The notes under the pieces were generated by a model. It saw only the letters and a program-made list of their open reading frames with translations, searched no databases and was not told the DNA's origin. This document shows, piece by piece, positions 28,167 through 37,764 of a DNA stretch of 64,000 nucleotides (its first letter is position 1; every line of letters starts with the position of its first letter). Source of the stretch: Akkermansia muciniphila (GTDB taxonomy: Bacteria > Verrucomicrobiota > Verrucomicrobiia > Limisphaerales > SIBE01); contig CAMAWP010000005.1 in assembly GCA_945861765.1 (NCBI GenBank), positions 2,651 through 66,650 of the forward strand, written 5' to 3'. The position numbers and the translations under genes are program-made.

Positions 28167-29222
28167 TCATTCCATGAGATCTCGGGAGGATCGAACGCGG
28201 CCCTCCATTTCCTTAACAATCGGCTGCGCCCGAGCAATGGCGTTCTGTTCCGTCTGGCCTTTGAAAGACTTCATGGTCACACGCACGGCGGCCACGGTTT
28301 CTCCATTGCGATCATGCAATGGGAGCGTGACTGCTACCGTTTGATTCTCCTTATCATAATAAATCGAATCATGGTCGATGACATCCTGCTCCACCGACGT
28401 CCCTGAAAAGCCCAGTTCCTTTACGTTGTTGCTAGCGACGATCCGAAGATTCAGCTTATCTTTGGGAAAAGCATACATCTTGAGTCCGACCAACCGTGGG
28501 TACTTCAGCAACATTTCCCGCACGAGCACCTTGGCCAAGATTTCAAGAGGCGTGTAAACGACCTTTGTGTCCCCAAAATAAGAAACGGCGTCGGATTTAG
28601 TCCAAAACCCAATCTTCCCAGCCGCGAACGAGCTGTCGGTGAGAATTGGAATAACTTCCTTCCCGTTTAGCAGGCAACGAATTCGATTGCCTTTACATTC
28701 CACAATCAGTTCGTGCCAAGCGCCTTTGGGGATTTCAACTTCAGGGCCGATAGCGGCGCTCCGTTGGCCGTTCACTACTTTGAAGAATCGGAAGTTGTTC
28801 CCAAGCGAACTACCCCGCACGTAATAATAATTTTTCTCGTCCTGAATTCGAAAAGCGATCCCGGCCATTTGCTCGACTGTTCCGCGCACGGTTTTGAAAC
28901 GGGTCGTCAACGTGAAATCCCCAAACGTTTCCTCCTCAAAAATTAACAGCGGGAAATGTTCATCTGTGATGTCCGCCGAGAGCTGCGCCAGGACGGGCTT
29001 CTTGGTCACGACGGGCGCTTGAGGAGTCAAAGGAGGAAGCAGAGGACTGACTTCGTCCAAGACGATCTTCCATTCTCCAGGTTTGCCTTGGCCAGAAATT
29101 GCGCTCCTGAAGCCGCGAGGACTTTCGTTCAATGGAAATTGGCTGAAATCAAAACTGAGCTCTGCGGCTGAGATCTTTGCGGAAACCAAGATCAGAGCTA
29201 TGCAACGAAAGATGGACAACAT
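28167..29222 (-). CDS. Exported DUF1080/LamG-like lectin-fold protein with a C-terminal PDC-like domain
   Basis: Start taken at MLSIFRCIALILVSAKISAAE (29222). FGDFTLTTRFK...AGIAFRIQDEKNYYYV...WHELIVECKGNRIRCLLNG is a concanavalin-like pattern. Confidence 0.55.
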   Translation of the reverse strand: MLSIFRCIALILVSAKISAAELSFDFSQFPLNESPRGFRSAISGQGKPGEWKIVLDEVSPLLPPLTPQAPVVTKKPVLAQLSADITDEHFPLLIFEEETFGDFTLTTRFKTVRGTVEQMAGIAFRIQDEKNYYYVRGSSLGNNFRFFKVVNGQRSAAIGPEVEIPKGAWHELIVECKGNRIRCLLNGKEVIPILTDSSFAAGKIGFWTKSDAVSYFGDTKVVYTPLEILAKVLVREMLLKYPRLVGLKMYAFPKDKLNLRIVASNNVKELGFSGTSVEQDVIDHDSIYYDKENQTVAVTLPLHDRNGETVAAVRVTMKSFKGQTEQNAIARAQPIVKEMEGRVRSSRDLME

Positions 29223-29421
29223 GACGGCCAACCTAACAAAAAAAAACTGGCCGACAAGTATTTGTGCCCAGTCTTGAGTCTCGAAGCCGATTCGATCTTC
29301 GCCGCCTCTCCGGAGGCTGCAGGCATGACACCGGAGATAGCAGTCTGAACATTTGTCGCCGAGAATCCTCGACTGCTTAATCAGCGAGTTCCGGAGCGTA
29401 AGGCAGCGCCTCAATCAAACG

Positions 29422-29661
29422 TTACGGTAGTTTGCTGTGCGCCCCGTCACAGAAAGGCATGGTCTTGGAGTGTTTGCAGGCGCACCAAGCGACGGTTTGG
29501 AGCGTCGTGATTTCAACCTTCTTCGGCTCTATGCCGGTCCCAGAGTGTGAACCATCGCAGAATGGTTGGCTCGCGGATCGACCGCAAGCACACCACCAAT
29601 ACGTGCCTGGCTCGACCTTTTGAACGATCGGTAGCTTCTGAAAAATGACAGGTTCAGCCAT
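29422..29661 (-). CDS. CDGSH iron-sulfur domain protein (two CDGSH motifs)
   Basis: WCACGRSASQPFCDGSH and WCACKHSKTMPFCDGAH. Confidence 0.85.
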   Translation of the reverse strand: MAEPVIFQKLPIVQKVEPGTYWWCACGRSASQPFCDGSHSGTGIEPKKVEITTLQTVAWCACKHSKTMPFCDGAHSKLP

Positions 29662-29714
29662 GAGGTTGCTCGTGTTGAATTATTGTTTCTACTGTGTGGT
29701 GGGGAATTCCAAGG

Positions 29715-30947
29715 TCACTTCTTTTTCAGTGGGTCATGCACCTGAGCGGCCACTTTCAAGCGGAGAGCGTTCAAGCGGATGAAACCGGTGGCATCGTCCT
29801 GGTTGTATGCCTTGGTGGGATCGGCTTCCATCGTCGCGATATTCGGGTTGTAGAGGCTCACCGGTGATTTCCGGCCTGCAGTGATCATGTTGCCTTTGTA
29901 AAGCTTGAGCCGAACCGTGCCGGCGATATTCTTCTGGCTGTCGGTAACCAGCGCTTGCAATGCCTGCCGTTCGGGCGAAAACCAATAGCCGTAATAGACG
30001 AGTTCGGCGTATTTTGGGATGAGGGAGTCGCGCAGGTGCATCACTTCGCGATCCATCGTGATGCTTTCCATTTGACGATGGGCGAAGTGGAGAATGCTCC
30101 CGCCGGGCGTTTCATAGACGCCACGAGATTTCATGCCCACGTAGCGATTCTCCACCAGATCAACTCGGCCGATGCCATGTTTACCGCCAAGCTTGTTCAA
30201 GACTTTCATCACCCGGAGCGGATCCAAGCGCTTGCCATTCACACCCACGCAATTGCCGTGGTCGAACTCCAGGGTGATATACTCCGGCTGGTCTGGGGCT
30301 TCTTCGGGCGAAACACTCAGCGTGTACATTTCTTTGTGTTCCGCCGCTGAGGCGTCGAGCCACGGATCTTCCAGAATTCCCGCCTCGTACGAAATGTGGA
30401 GGAGATTACGATCCATCGAATAGGGCTTCTTCGCCGTGGCTTGAACTGGGATCTTTTTCTCTTCGCAATACTGAATCATCTCGGCCCTACCTGGGAAATC
30501 GGCGCGGAACGAGGCATCACGCCACGGAGCGATCACTTGCAACTCCGGTGCCAGCGCTGCCGCTGTGAGTTCGAAACGAACTTGATCATTTCCTTTGCCA
30601 GTCGCGCCGTGAGCGATGTGATCCGCCTTCTCCGCGCGGGCGATTTCCACCATGCGTTTGGCGATGAGAGGGCGCGCGATGCTTGTTCCGAGAAAATACT
30701 GGTTCTCGTAAACCGCCCCAGCTTGCATCATCGGGAAAATAAAATCTCGAGCAAATTCCTCTTGCAAATCCTCGATGTAAACCTTGGACGCGCCTGTCTT
30801 CAGCGCTTTTTTCTCAAGCCCCTTAAGCTCTTCTTCCTGGCCGATGTTGGCGCAAAAAGCGATGACCTCGGCATGGTATTTTTCCTTGATCCACGAGAGG
30901 AGGACCGAAGTGTCAAGGCCACCTGAATAGGCAAGCACAATTTTCAT
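29715..30947 (-). CDS. argG: Argininosuccinate synthase
   Basis: [15 protein letters not shown]-terminus and full-length resemblance to the family. Confidence 0.97.
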   Translation of the reverse strand: MKIVLAYSGGLDTSVLLSWIKEKYHAEVIAFCANIGQEEELKGLEKKALKTGASKVYIEDLQEEFARDFIFPMMQAGAVYENQYFLGTSIARPLIAKRMVEIARAEKADHIAHGATGKGNDQVRFELTAAALAPELQVIAPWRDASFRADFPGRAEMIQYCEEKKIPVQATAKKPYSMDRNLLHISYEAGILEDPWLDASAAEHKEMYTLSVSPEEAPDQPEYITLEFDHGNCVGVNGKRLDPLRVMKVLNKLGGKHGIGRVDLVENRYVGMKSRGVYETPGGSILHFAHRQMESITMDREVMHLRDSLIPKYAELVYYGYWFSPERQALQALVTDSQKNIAGTVRLKLYKGNMITAGRKSPVSLYNPNIATMEADPTKAYNQDDATGFIRLNALRLKVAAQVHDPLKKK

Positions 30948-31023
30948 AGTTTCATTCGCACAATCCGATCGAAAAGTTCTGGGGAGATAAAAGCTGATTT
31001 TCGGGAATAGAAAAGAAGATTAT

Positions 31024-31902
31024 TTACCGCCTGCTCGGTTCGATATGGACCAGCACATCATGCACGGCCGGGAGCTGGCCGCGAATACGATTCTTAACCT
31101 TATGAGCGACTTCGTGCGCTTCGAGCACTGTCATTTGCGGGTTCACCTCGAGATGCATATCGACGAAATAGTGATAGCCCATTTTGCGGACGAGGCATTT
31201 CTCCACTTCATCCACCCCTTCCACATGCCGGGCAATTTCACGAATTTTCGAGCGCATGGCCAAGTCCGGAGAAGCATCCATCAGCTCGCTTAGGGCCGGG
31301 CGCAATAAGCGCCAACCATTCCAAGCGATGATGTGTGCTGCGACAAGGGCTGCAACGTCATCGGCCGATTCGTATCCGCGGCCTCCAACCAAAGCCACGC
31401 TGATCCCCACAGCCGCGGCAGTGGAGGTTATCGCATCGCTGCGGTGATGCCAGGCGTCTGTGTGAACAGCCAAACTTTCCACCGACCTCGCTTCGCGCAA
31501 TACGTAGCGGAAGAGGCCCTCTTTCACCAAGATCACTAAGAGGAGCACCAGCAAAGTAAATGGGGCCGGACTCAAATGTGGCGTGACAATTTCGCGCACC
31601 GAGTGAACGGCAATCCACGCCGCCGCCAGCAACAGCATCGTCGAGACAATCGCTGCCGCAATCGGCTCCGCTTTCCCGTAGCCGTAAGGATGATCGTCAT
31701 CTGCCGGTGCCGAAGAAACCACGAGCCCGCGCCAGACGACGAGGGAACTGGCGATGTCGGCAAACGACTCAACGGCATCTGCAATCAGCGCGTGGGAATG
31801 GCCAAGAATGCCAGCCGCCAGCTTTCCGCCCGCCAGAAGAGTGTTCACCCCAAGGCCGACAAAAGTTACTCGCAAGCTGCGTTTGAGCCGGTCCCTTGGC
31901 AT
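31024..31902 (-). CDS. Cation diffusion facilitator family transporter
   Basis: Six TM segments, HALIADAVESFAD and HHRSDAIT motifs, C-terminal cytoplasmic domain. Confidence 0.9.
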   Translation of the reverse strand: MPRDRLKRSLRVTFVGLGVNTLLAGGKLAAGILGHSHALIADAVESFADIASSLVVWRGLVVSSAPADDDHPYGYGKAEPIAAAIVSTMLLLAAAWIAVHSVREIVTPHLSPAPFTLLVLLLVILVKEGLFRYVLREARSVESLAVHTDAWHHRSDAITSTAAAVGISVALVGGRGYESADDVAALVAAHIIAWNGWRLLRPALSELMDASPDLAMRSKIREIARHVEGVDEVEKCLVRKMGYHYFVDMHLEVNPQMTVLEAHEVAHKVKNRIRGQLPAVHDVLVHIEPSRR

Positions 31903-31918
31903 CGGTTCATGGCCTTCG

Positions 31919-33133
31919 CTAGATCATGTGGCAAAACATGGCGTCGCGCAGCTTCGGTTCGAACCAAGTGCTTTTGGGAGGCATAATGCCGCCAGCGTCG
32001 GCGATGCCCATCAGGTCTTCGATGCTCGTTGGAAACATCGAGAAAGCACAGGCGTATTCACCGCTGTTCACCAGGTTCTCCAGTTCTGCTGTGCCCCGGA
32101 TGCCACCTGCGAAATGAATGCGCTTGCTCGTGCGCGGGTCGTCAATGCCGAAGAGCGGCCCTAGCACATGCTTTTGCAACAAAGTTACATCAAGCTTCTC
32201 AAGGGGATCAGTCGTCGCCTCAAATTGAGGCCGGAAATGAAGAGTGTGCCATTGCTTCTCCAGGTAGAAGCCAAGCTCGTGTCTTCGCATTGGCGCGGCG
32301 GCGCCAGGTCGTCGGATCAAGAAGATTTCTTCGAGTTTCTCCAACAAGCGCGACGCTCCTTGGTTGTTCAAATCTTTTAGAACACGGTTGTAGGGCAAGA
32401 TCTGCATCTGATTGTCTGGAAAAATGACGCTGAGAAAGAATCCGCTCTGGCCATCTCCTTTCCGGCTTTGATACACCCGCGCTGCGGCAGCACTCCTGTG
32501 ATGCCCGTCAGCTATGTAAACGAAGGGTATTCGCGCAAATTCACTTTCAATGAAACGAATGCTCGCGGGATCAGAGATGACCCATGAAGTGTGACGGACA
32601 CCGTCGCGCGCTGTGAAGTCAATGCTGGGAGGCTCGATTGATTTCTGGCGGACAAGTTCGTCGAGAGTTGGTTGGGCACGATACGTCAAGAAGACAGGGC
32701 CCGTCTGCGAGTTAAGCGTTTCAATATGCCGGACGCGATCGTCCTCTTTGTCAGGACGCGTCAATTCGTGTTTCTTGATCACGTTGTTCAAATAATCCTC
32801 ACAGCTCGCCGCGGCCACCAAGCCCGTTTGGCTGTGTTGGCCCATCACCTGACGGTACAGATAAAAACACGGCTGCGGATCGAGCTTGATCGATCCTTCC
32901 TGAATGAGCTTTGTGAAATTCTCCTGTCCTTTCGCATAAACTCGCGGATCACAAAGGTCCATCTCTGGAGGTAAATCAATCTCCGGTTTACTGACGTGGA
33001 GAAAACTTAGATGATTGCCAGCCGCCATCTCGCGAGCTTCCGCCGAGGACATGACATCGTAGGGAAGCTCGCAGATGCGGGCCGCGAGCTCAGGCCTGGG
33101 CCGCATCGCAGGAAATGGTTGGATCGTCGCCAT
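31919..33133 (-). CDS. DUF1015 domain protein
   Basis: N-terminus MATIQPFPAMRPRPELAARICELPYDV and the ADGHHR motif are typical of DUF1015. Confidence 0.8.
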   Translation of the reverse strand: MATIQPFPAMRPRPELAARICELPYDVMSSAEAREMAAGNHLSFLHVSKPEIDLPPEMDLCDPRVYAKGQENFTKLIQEGSIKLDPQPCFYLYRQVMGQHSQTGLVAAASCEDYLNNVIKKHELTRPDKEDDRVRHIETLNSQTGPVFLTYRAQPTLDELVRQKSIEPPSIDFTARDGVRHTSWVISDPASIRFIESEFARIPFVYIADGHHRSAAAARVYQSRKGDGQSGFFLSVIFPDNQMQILPYNRVLKDLNNQGASRLLEKLEEIFLIRRPGAAAPMRRHELGFYLEKQWHTLHFRPQFEATTDPLEKLDVTLLQKHVLGPLFGIDDPRTSKRIHFAGGIRGTAELENLVNSGEYACAFSMFPTSIEDLMGIADAGGIMPPKSTWFEPKLRDAMFCHMI

Positions 33134-33315
33134 AAATGTCGAAGAAACATACAGCCCATCTCAGAAGTATCCAGACGAATTGCCTGAGTGTGGAAGCCCT
33201 CTTCTCATCCCATGGCCGCCTCGGCCATGCATGACATTTATCCAAGCGTCAAGATTGGGCGATCACGAAGAGACTGATTGCAGAATCCCTTCCGCGGAAC
33301 AACAATCGAGAATTC

Positions 33316-33651
33316 ATGCTCGCGAAATGGTCATTCACTCTCGTCTTAATGCTGCTTTACGTGCTCATGTTCCATCTTTGGCTTCACGTGAATCGACACT
33401 GGACGATCCTCAGTGCAGGGATTGTCACTGTAGTCCTCAATGCAGGATTCGCTTGGGCAGCAAAGCGCCGTTACTTTGTGAATCGATGGGATTTGGCATT
33501 TCACGCTTTGGTCATCCTCGACATTTTGATCGAAGGACTCTTCATCGAGGTTCATGACCACTACGGATTTTACTTTTGCGCCTTGGGATTTGCGATCCTG
33601 TTGGCGGGCTACAGACTCCTCGGAGCGAGGCGAGCGCTGGCTCGGGACTGA
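33316..33651 (+). CDS. Small integral membrane protein (about 4 TM), unknown function
   Basis: 111-aa hydrophobic ORF in an otherwise empty gap. Confidence 0.45.
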   Translation: MLAKWSFTLVLMLLYVLMFHLWLHVNRHWTILSAGIVTVVLNAGFAWAAKRRYFVNRWDLAFHALVILDILIEGLFIEVHDHYGFYFCALGFAILLAGYRLLGARRALARD

Positions 33652-33709
33652 AATGGCACGTTTCGAAAAGGCATCTCGCCGTTCATGGTTTCTGAGCGGC
33701 CACGACCCT

Positions 33710-34084
33710 TTAATCGGAAAAAAACCGATCCATGGCTCTCCGGTCCTTTTTTGTGGGCCGTCCGATTCCATCTGGCCATACGAATACTGGCTGAATACTT
33801 TTCTCTCTTAATTTCTCGTACTCGGCCGCGGGTGTTTGATCTTCGGCATACTGCGGGACCAATTTAGCTCCAACTCGCTTTTCAATGAGTCCCACAACCT
33901 TCAACGTCTTGTTCATAACTCCGAGCTTCACGGAGATAACCTCGTCGAGCCGCACCGTTCGCGAGGGCTTTGCGGAATGCCCGGCGATCTCGACGTGTCC
34001 TGATTTGCAGGCCTCGGCGGCCAGGGTCCTCGTTTTAAAGATCCGAACGGCCCAAAGCCATTTATCAATTCTGACGGTGTCCAT
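33710..34084 (-). CDS. RNA-binding S4 domain protein (Hsp15-like)
   Basis: VRIDKWLWAVRIFKTRTLAAEACKSGHVEI. Confidence 0.8.
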   Translation of the reverse strand: MDTVRIDKWLWAVRIFKTRTLAAEACKSGHVEIAGHSAKPSRTVRLDEVISVKLGVMNKTLKVVGLIEKRVGAKLVPQYAEDQTPAAEYEKLREKSIQPVFVWPDGIGRPTKKDRRAMDRFFSD

Positions 34085-34153
34085 TGCGTGGTGATCAGTC
34101 AGCGTCTTTCTCCACTAATAAGACGAAGTCTTTCCGTCCAAGACGTGACATCA

Positions 34154-34987
34154 TCACCCTCCTATTCCATAAACCTGAGCTGCGTTTTCACCCATGATTT
34201 TGCGTTGGGCGCTTTCGGGAAATACGCTGAGATAATCATGGACGATTCCAACGACCTGTTCGTAGTTGCCCGACAACAGGCAAACAGGCCAATCAGAACC
34301 GAACATGAGTCGATCCTCGCCAAAGGCTTCATAGACGACGTCCAGATAAGGCCTAAAATCTTCTGGTTTCCACTCACTCCAGCGCGCTTCGGTAACCAGG
34401 CCGGAAACTTTGCAGTAAACGTTCGGGAACTGGGCCAGATCTTTGATGTGATCGTTCCATGGCGAGATAGCTCCAGCATGGATCAGGGGTTTCGCGATGT
34501 GATCGAGAACGAATGGCTGCTGCGGGAGTTGCTCGACTAGTTTGATAGCGGCGGGCAGATGCTTTGGGTAAAGCAGCAAATCATAGGTCAGGTTGAACCC
34601 CTTCAATGTCCCCAATCCCCTCAGGAAATTCGGGCGCAACATGAACTGATCATCCGGCTCGTCTTGCACAACGTGGCGGACTCCGACGAATTTCGGGTGC
34701 TTCGCGAACTCCGCCAACTGATCCGCAACCTGCTCTGACCGCAGGTCCACCCATCCGACGACTCCTCGGATCGATGAATGACGATCCGCGAGAGTCAAAA
34801 GCCAGCGCGATTCCTCCAAGCTTTGTCTCGCTTGAACGGCAATCGAACCTCCCAGCCTTAATTTACTCAATTCAATCTCCAGATCCGGCGGAAGGTAATC
34901 ACGACGAATTCGGCTCAGCCGATCAGTGATCCAAGGATACTCGACCGAGTTGTAACTCCAGAAATGCTGGTGCGAATCGATCGTCAT
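34154..34987 (-). CDS. Amidohydrolase-2 family protein (lactonase/decarboxylase-like)
   Basis: MTIDSHQHFW N-terminus, FVLDHIAKP, MFGSDWPV. Confidence 0.85.
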   Translation of the reverse strand: MTIDSHQHFWSYNSVEYPWITDRLSRIRRDYLPPDLEIELSKLRLGGSIAVQARQSLEESRWLLTLADRHSSIRGVVGWVDLRSEQVADQLAEFAKHPKFVGVRHVVQDEPDDQFMLRPNFLRGLGTLKGFNLTYDLLLYPKHLPAAIKLVEQLPQQPFVLDHIAKPLIHAGAISPWNDHIKDLAQFPNVYCKVSGLVTEARWSEWKPEDFRPYLDVVYEAFGEDRLMFGSDWPVCLLSGNYEQVVGIVHDYLSVFPESAQRKIMGENAAQVYGIGG

Positions 34988-35028
34988 CAGAGGTGCTTAA
35001 TCCCGGAACGTGAGTTGAAACCAGGACA

Positions 35029-35871
35029 TCATCGCTTCACGCTCGTTCTATCCTTCAACCACTGAAAATCGGTCGCTGGTGAGGCTGGAAAAATTCCTCC
35101 CACTCCTCCCTTTCTCGGTGGTCGAATAGTGCCCGAGTCTCCACTGACAACCCACTTATGAACTTCCGTGTGGCCGTCCGCGAAAGAAAAACTGGCCGCG
35201 CCATTGTGATGCGAAGCCGGCAGATTTCCCCACTTGTAATCGTCCAATGTGTTGACGAAAAAGGCGTCGTTTATGGTGTCGGGATGCTCGTCCAAGAATA
35301 CGAACGTGTTGGAGGTGCTTTCCAACTGTGCCGATTTCACGAACTGTTTGTACTCTGGGTTGAATCGGTTGGTTAACGTCCCCGTATTTCCCACCATCGC
35401 ATTCATCGACATGCTACGGATGCGCGGGCCGTTGGCTGCGACAGATTTGTCGGATGGACACTTGAAGACAGCCGTGGATTTGCCGAGGTAAGATGAGAGC
35501 TTGGCGTCGGTCAGCAACACCAGGTTCGTGTTGTCCTCGCTCACGTCCCAGTCCTGGACATTATTGGCCCAGCTTTGTCGCGTCGCTTTTGTTTCGTCCC
35601 GACCATGATTGTTAACAAAGAAATCATCATGATCATCGGTGTAGAGAAACCACGCGAGCGTCAATTGTTTGGCATTGTTGATGCACATTATTCCCTGTGC
35701 TTTCGCTTTCGACTTACTCAAGGCAGGCAACAAAAGCCCCGCCAAAATCGCAATGATTGCGATGACGACGAGGAGTTCAATTAACGTAAACCCGCTCCGA
35801 CAACTCTGAATAAATCGGCCACTCGCAGTCAACGCGCCGCCCTTCTTCGCGAGTGTTGAGTCATCGGTCAT
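35029..35871 (-). CDS. DUF1559 / H-X9-DG protein with prepilin-type N-terminal methylation motif
   Basis: [25 protein letters not shown] and C-terminal [14 protein letters not shown] (H-X9-DG). Confidence 0.9.
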   Translation of the reverse strand: MTDDSTLAKKGGALTASGRFIQSCRSGFTLIELLVVIAIIAILAGLLLPALSKSKAKAQGIMCINNAKQLTLAWFLYTDDHDDFFVNNHGRDETKATRQSWANNVQDWDVSEDNTNLVLLTDAKLSSYLGKSTAVFKCPSDKSVAANGPRIRSMSMNAMVGNTGTLTNRFNPEYKQFVKSAQLESTSNTFVFLDEHPDTINDAFFVNTLDDYKWGNLPASHHNGAASFSFADGHTEVHKWVVSGDSGTIRPPRKGGVGGIFPASPATDFQWLKDRTSVKR

Positions 35872-35923
35872 TCGATCGTTCCTTCGTCGTAGTCATTGAT
35901 TAAAATCGTTCCCCGAACGGCTT

Positions 35924-36949
35924 TCACTGCACTTCGACAATAGCCTTTATCACCGCGGTCTCCGGTCTCAGCCATCGCGGGAATTCGCTAATCACATCGT
36001 CGAACTTTGCCGTATGGGTGATCCATGGAGTGGTGTTGATTTTCTTCTCTTCAATTAGCTTGATGATCTTGCCAAAATCACTTGCCAACGCATTGCGCGA
36101 AGCCAGCAACGTTATCTCACGGCGATGCATCAGCGGATGACCGAAGCTCACTTCCGCAGTCGTGATGCCAACGAAGACCAACTTCCCAGTGTGCGAGACG
36201 TATTCAAGCGCATGAGACATTGATTTGTTGCTCCCTGTCGCATCAATGACGATGCTGGCGAGCGCGCCCTCGGTCAGATTCTTCAGAGCCTCCAGCTCCG
36301 ATCCGTCGCCTTTGGCAACGATGGTGTCATGAACGCCCATTTTCCCTTTGCAGAAATCGAGCCGCTGCTCGTTCATATCGAGCACAATCATCCGCGCTCC
36401 GGAAAGCTTGACGAACTCGAGCGTGGACAGACCAATCGGTCCCGCTCCAATCACCAGGACGTTTTCCTTCGGCTGCGGGTTGCATCGGTTCACAGCGTGA
36501 CAGCCGATCGCCAGCGTCTCGACCAGCGCCAACTCATCGAGCGCGAGGCTGCTTGACGCATGCAACTTGCGCGCTGGCACGATGAACTGCGGCCGCATTC
36601 CGCCGTCGATATGGACGCCGAGGACCTGCAAGCTTTCACAGCAATTGCTGTTGCCTCGGCGGCACGCGAAACATTTTTGACAGTTGATGTACGGTTCTAC
36701 CGAGCAGCGATCGCCCGGATTTACATTCGTGACTTCACCCCCCACTTCGATGACCTCGACGCCCAGTTCGTGTCCCGGAATTCGCGGGTAGCTGTAGAAT
36801 GGCATCTTACCGAGATAGCCGGAATAGTCCGTTCCACAAATGCCAACGCGATGCACGGCGACTAGCGCTTCGCCAACCCCAGGGCGGGGTGGCTCGTTGA
36901 GCTCAATGCGCCGGAAATGCCCCGGCTTTTCCAGTTGAATCGCTTTCAT
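35924..36949 (-). CDS. Zinc-dependent medium-chain alcohol/polyol dehydrogenase
   Basis: Start taken at MKAIQLEKPG (36949). GICGTD and GHE motifs, CxxCxxC...C structural zinc site, GAGPIGL Rossmann motif. Confidence 0.85.
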   Translation of the reverse strand: MKAIQLEKPGHFRRIELNEPPRPGVGEALVAVHRVGICGTDYSGYLGKMPFYSYPRIPGHELGVEVIEVGGEVTNVNPGDRCSVEPYINCQKCFACRRGNSNCCESLQVLGVHIDGGMRPQFIVPARKLHASSSLALDELALVETLAIGCHAVNRCNPQPKENVLVIGAGPIGLSTLEFVKLSGARMIVLDMNEQRLDFCKGKMGVHDTIVAKGDGSELEALKNLTEGALASIVIDATGSNKSMSHALEYVSHTGKLVFVGITTAEVSFGHPLMHRREITLLASRNALASDFGKIIKLIEEKKINTTPWITHTAKFDDVISEFPRWLRPETAVIKAIVEVQ

Positions 36950-37147
36950 AGTTTCAAAGCACGACTGATGGAATGATTCTGACCTTACATCGAGACGATT
37001 GGCGAGAATCAATTTGATCGCGTCACCCATTCCTCGACGAGGAATCCTCGTTCGGCGCATCCTTGCGGAGGGTGCTGAAACTGTTTTTGGAAATCACTCT
37101 TCGATTGAGTTTCCATCACAACACCGGGTCCTGGGCCGAGGTTTTGG

Positions 37148-37387
37148 CTACTCTCTCTGATGAGAACGCTCCCTGTATCTAAAGCGAGAATGGAATGGTT
37201 TTTTGGGGCGATCATTGATCCAAAACATGTGCCTTTTCTCATAGGGAGATGTTTTATGCGTGACGGAACATGCGAACGTCATCGTGCCCATGCTCCCAAG
37301 TGTGAATGATTTTTCGTCTGGAAAAAAGAGCGGCGACAAATGCTCCTGCCCACAATTCTTGCACCTGAAAAAGGCGGACATAATCAA
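37148..37387 (-). CDS. Possible small CxxC protein (79 aa), unverified
   Basis: The only ORF in an 815-bp gap. FRCKNCGQEH motif and basic C-terminal tail. No family recognised. Confidence 0.3.
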   Translation of the reverse strand: MIMSAFFRCKNCGQEHLSPLFFPDEKSFTLGSMGTMTFACSVTHKTSPYEKRHMFWINDRPKKPFHSRFRYRERSHQRE

Positions 37388-37764
37388 CGGTTAAAAGTGG
37401 CAAATCTAACAAAACCACTTTGAGCAGCCTAAATGCCATGATGGTGACGGCGACGCGTCATGTCGCTGACAGACAACAAATGTCGCTAAGGGACAACGCT
37501 TTTCCCCAGATCAGGCGATCAGCACCTGAAAACTTCTCAGGATTGCGTCCTTCAGATAGATCTCACTCGATGTCCGGTGACACGAGGTCATCACGTTTGA
37601 AATTTCCCCCGGTATAGCTGCGTCGGTGACGCGGTCCGAACCTGCCAAAAAGCCAAGTCGCTTCTAGAGTTCAACCCGCGCGCTTACGGAGGCGCTCCGG
37701 GCGTACAGGTGAAGCACGTTCCTACAAGGGTGTTGGGCCAGCGCACCAACTCTCGATCGAGTTG

